From contig CAVVXO010000005.1 of the NCBI GenBank assembly GCA_963752245.1, forward strand, positions 34,418 through 98,417: a DNA stretch of 64,000 nucleotides. Direction: 5' to 3'. The notes under the pieces are model-generated. The model searched no databases. It was not told the DNA's origin and worked only from the letters and a program-made list of their open reading frames with translations. The translations under genes were made by a program, and so were the position numbers. The stretch's first letter is position 1, and each line of letters begins with the position of its first letter. Positions 62,232 through 64,000 of the stretch are shown here, piece by piece. This DNA is from an uncultured Alphaproteobacteria bacterium. Its GTDB lineage: Bacteria > Pseudomonadota > Alphaproteobacteria > Caulobacterales > Caulobacteraceae.

Positions 62232-62304
62232 GGATCGAGGCGAATTCGGCGTGCGAAGCCGCGCCAGAGGGGGCGCGACTCACGCCGAGCGGCTAATTCG
62301 ATCC
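62232..62304 (-). promoter_or_regulatory. Long imperfect hairpin in the ileS leader
   Basis: Stacked stems GGATCG/CGATCC, AATT/AATT, CGGCGTG/CACGCCG, AGUCGCGCC/GGCGCGGCU; ends 31 nt before the ileS ATG. Confidence 0.6.
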
Positions 62305-62324
62305 AGAAGCGGACGGCCGAGCAT
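62280..62324 (-). CDS. Candidate 14-aa leader peptide upstream of ileS (MLGRPLLDRISRSA)
   Basis: ATG at 62324 to TGA at 62280, running into the 5' arm of the hairpin. Confidence 0.3.
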   Translation of the reverse strand: MLGRPLLDRISRSA

Positions 62325-62417
62325 GCCGCGCGATGTAGCAGAGGGGTGGGTCCCTCGCTAGGTCACCGGGCATTGAGGTGTTCTCCCTTCAACACCCCCC
62401 TAGTCCCCCCGCGCGCG

Positions 62418-63353
62418 CTACTGTCGCGCTGGGGCGAGGACCTGGCGCGCGTCCATCGCGTCGCGGCGCACCTGGGCGACCATCTGGTCGATGGATTGGA
62501 ACCGCTCCTCCGGGCGCAGGAAGGCGATCAGTTCGGTCTCCAGGGTTTCGCCGTAGATGTCCTGGTCGAAGTCGAACAGCCACGCCTCCAGTCGCGGCGC
62601 GACCGCGCCGACCGTCGGATTGACGCCGATGTTGGCGACGCCGTCGAACCGGCCGCCATCGCCGAGGCGGGCGCGCACGGCGTAGACGCCAAAGCGCGGC
62701 GCGACGTAGTCGCCGAGCTCGACATTGGCGGTGGGAAAGCCGAGCCGGCGGCCGAGTTGGCGACCCTTGCGCACGACGCCCTCGATGGCGAACGGCCGGC
62801 CGAGCAGGCGGGCGGCGTGCTCCGGCTCGCCACGCCGCAGCGCCTCGCGGACCGCCGACGACGAAACCTTCTCGCCCGCCAGGCTCAGCTGCGCGGCCAC
62901 CGAGACGCCGAAGCCGAGCTCGGCGCCGTAGCGGCGCATCGCCGCCGGGTCGCCGCTGCGGCCCTTGCCGAAGGTGATGTCGAAGCCGACCGCGACGTGA
63001 CGCGCGCCAAGCCCGGCCGACAGCACCTCGCGGGCGAACGCCTGGTCGGCGAGGCCGGCCATTTCGGCGCCGAACGGCAGCAGGTAGAGCCGCTCGACTC
63101 CCAGCGCCGCCAAGGCGCGGGCCAGCTGCGGCGGCCGCATCAGGCGGAAAGGCGGCGCGTCGGGCTGAAAATGCAGCCGCGCGTGCGGCTCGAAGCTGAT
63201 GACGCCGAGGGGAGCGGACAGCCGATCCGCCGCCGCCGCGGCGTCGGCGATCACCCTCTGGTGGCCCAGGTGGACGCCGTCGAAGTTGCCGAGCGCGACC
63301 GCCGCGCCGCGGTCCGCTTCGGCGAGGCCCTTCCAGCCGTGGACGATGCGCAT
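62418..63353 (-). CDS. ribF: Bifunctional riboflavin kinase/FAD synthetase
   Basis: ALGNFDGVHLGHQ, VGFDITFGKGR, VSSSAVR, GRRLGFPTAN, ANIGVNPT, LEAWLFDF, FLRPE. Confidence 0.98.
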   Translation of the reverse strand: MRIVHGWKGLAEADRGAAVALGNFDGVHLGHQRVIADAAAAADRLSAPLGVISFEPHARLHFQPDAPPFRLMRPPQLARALAALGVERLYLLPFGAEMAGLADQAFAREVLSAGLGARHVAVGFDITFGKGRSGDPAAMRRYGAELGFGVSVAAQLSLAGEKVSSSAVREALRRGEPEHAARLLGRPFAIEGVVRKGRQLGRRLGFPTANVELGDYVAPRFGVYAVRARLGDGGRFDGVANIGVNPTVGAVAPRLEAWLFDFDQDIYGETLETELIAFLRPEERFQSIDQMVAQVRRDAMDARQVLAPARQ

Positions 63354-63365
63354 GCCCAAGGTGGG

Positions 63366-64000
63366 CTACCAGGCCAGGTCGGCCATGGCCCACCGCGCCG
63401 CCACGCCCTCGCCGGCGAGCAGCGCCTCGACCTTGTCGAGGTCGAGGCCGCCCCCCGGCGCCAGGCAGCGCGCGCCATGAACCCCGCGGGCGATGAACAG
63501 GGCATCGAGGCCGGCCGCCGCGGCGCCGGCGAGGTCGGTGGCGAGGCCGTCGCCGACGGCGAGCAGCTCGCCCGGCGCGGCCGGCGGGCTCGGCCAAGGC
63601 GGCGAGCCGCTCCAGCGCCAGATCGTAGATCGGCCGATGGGGCTTGCCGGCCATTTCCACCGCGCCGCCGAGCGCCTGGTAGAGTTCGGCGAGCGCGCCG
63701 CCGCAATAGATCAGCCGCTCGCCGCGCTGCACCACCTTGTCGGGATTGGCGCAAACCATCGTCAGCCCTCGGGCCGCCGCCGCCGTCAGCCGGTCGCGAT
63801 AGTCCTCCGGCGTTTCGACCTCGTCGTGATCGGGGCCGGTACAGAGAATGAAGGCCGCATCAGCGAGCGGCGCGAACGCGAGGCCCAGGCCTTGCCAGAG
63901 CGGCGCGTCGCGATCCGGCCCGATCCGCCAGGCTGGACCGGGAGCGCGCCGAGCGATCAGGGCGCGGGTGGCGTCGCCGGAGGTGACGATGCCGGACCAG
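63366..64000 (-). CDS. HAD-superfamily class IIA hydrolase (TIGR01459-like), 5'-partial; +1 frameshift near 63590
   Basis: IVTSGDATR, MVCANPD, CGGALA, AGKPH..IY, then LAVGDGLATD..GLDALFI..GVH, ending DLAW* at 63366. Confidence 0.9.

Overview
GC-rich alphaproteobacterial chromosome, almost certainly Caulobacteraceae (MreB, PhyR and MreC closely resemble the Caulobacter proteins). Five blocks: (1) ~1.1-23.9 kb, a general-stress-response island (phyR / nepR-sigT-phyK, several SigT/EcfG-type GGAAC-N16/17-CGTT promoters, csbD, NRAMP, K+ channel, SemiSWEET, YihY, gnd, two debranching-enzyme-like hydrolases, GT4, otsB-GH15-otsA); (2) 24-30 kb, acyl-CoA dehydrogenase, MFS, an ABM/cysteine-hydrolase fusion and a secreted amidohydrolase; (3) 30-36.5 kb, a ~1830 aa Gly-rich surface protein followed by a secreted GH26; (4) 36.8-47.9 kb, a probable polyamine-catabolism locus built around a TonB-dependent receptor, with a shared candidate GntR operator; (5) a solitary type IIG restriction-modification gene with a low-GC, heavily frameshifted patch where the specificity domain is expected, then housekeeping genes (mreBCD-mrdA-rodA; DUF3035-lspA-ileS-ribF-HAD). 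About a dozen genes, including normally essential ones, carry single +1 frameshifts that are most simply assembly errors; they are annotated as joined CDSs. No rRNA, tRNA, CRISPR array or transposase was seen. The best leads are the TBDR-polyamine locus and its operator, the RM specificity patch, a short palindromic repeat that has entered the mrdA coding tail, the Gly-rich protein/GH26 pair, overlapping divergent SigT promoters and a structured ileS leader with a uORF. All calls come from reading the sequence by eye; no database search was run.
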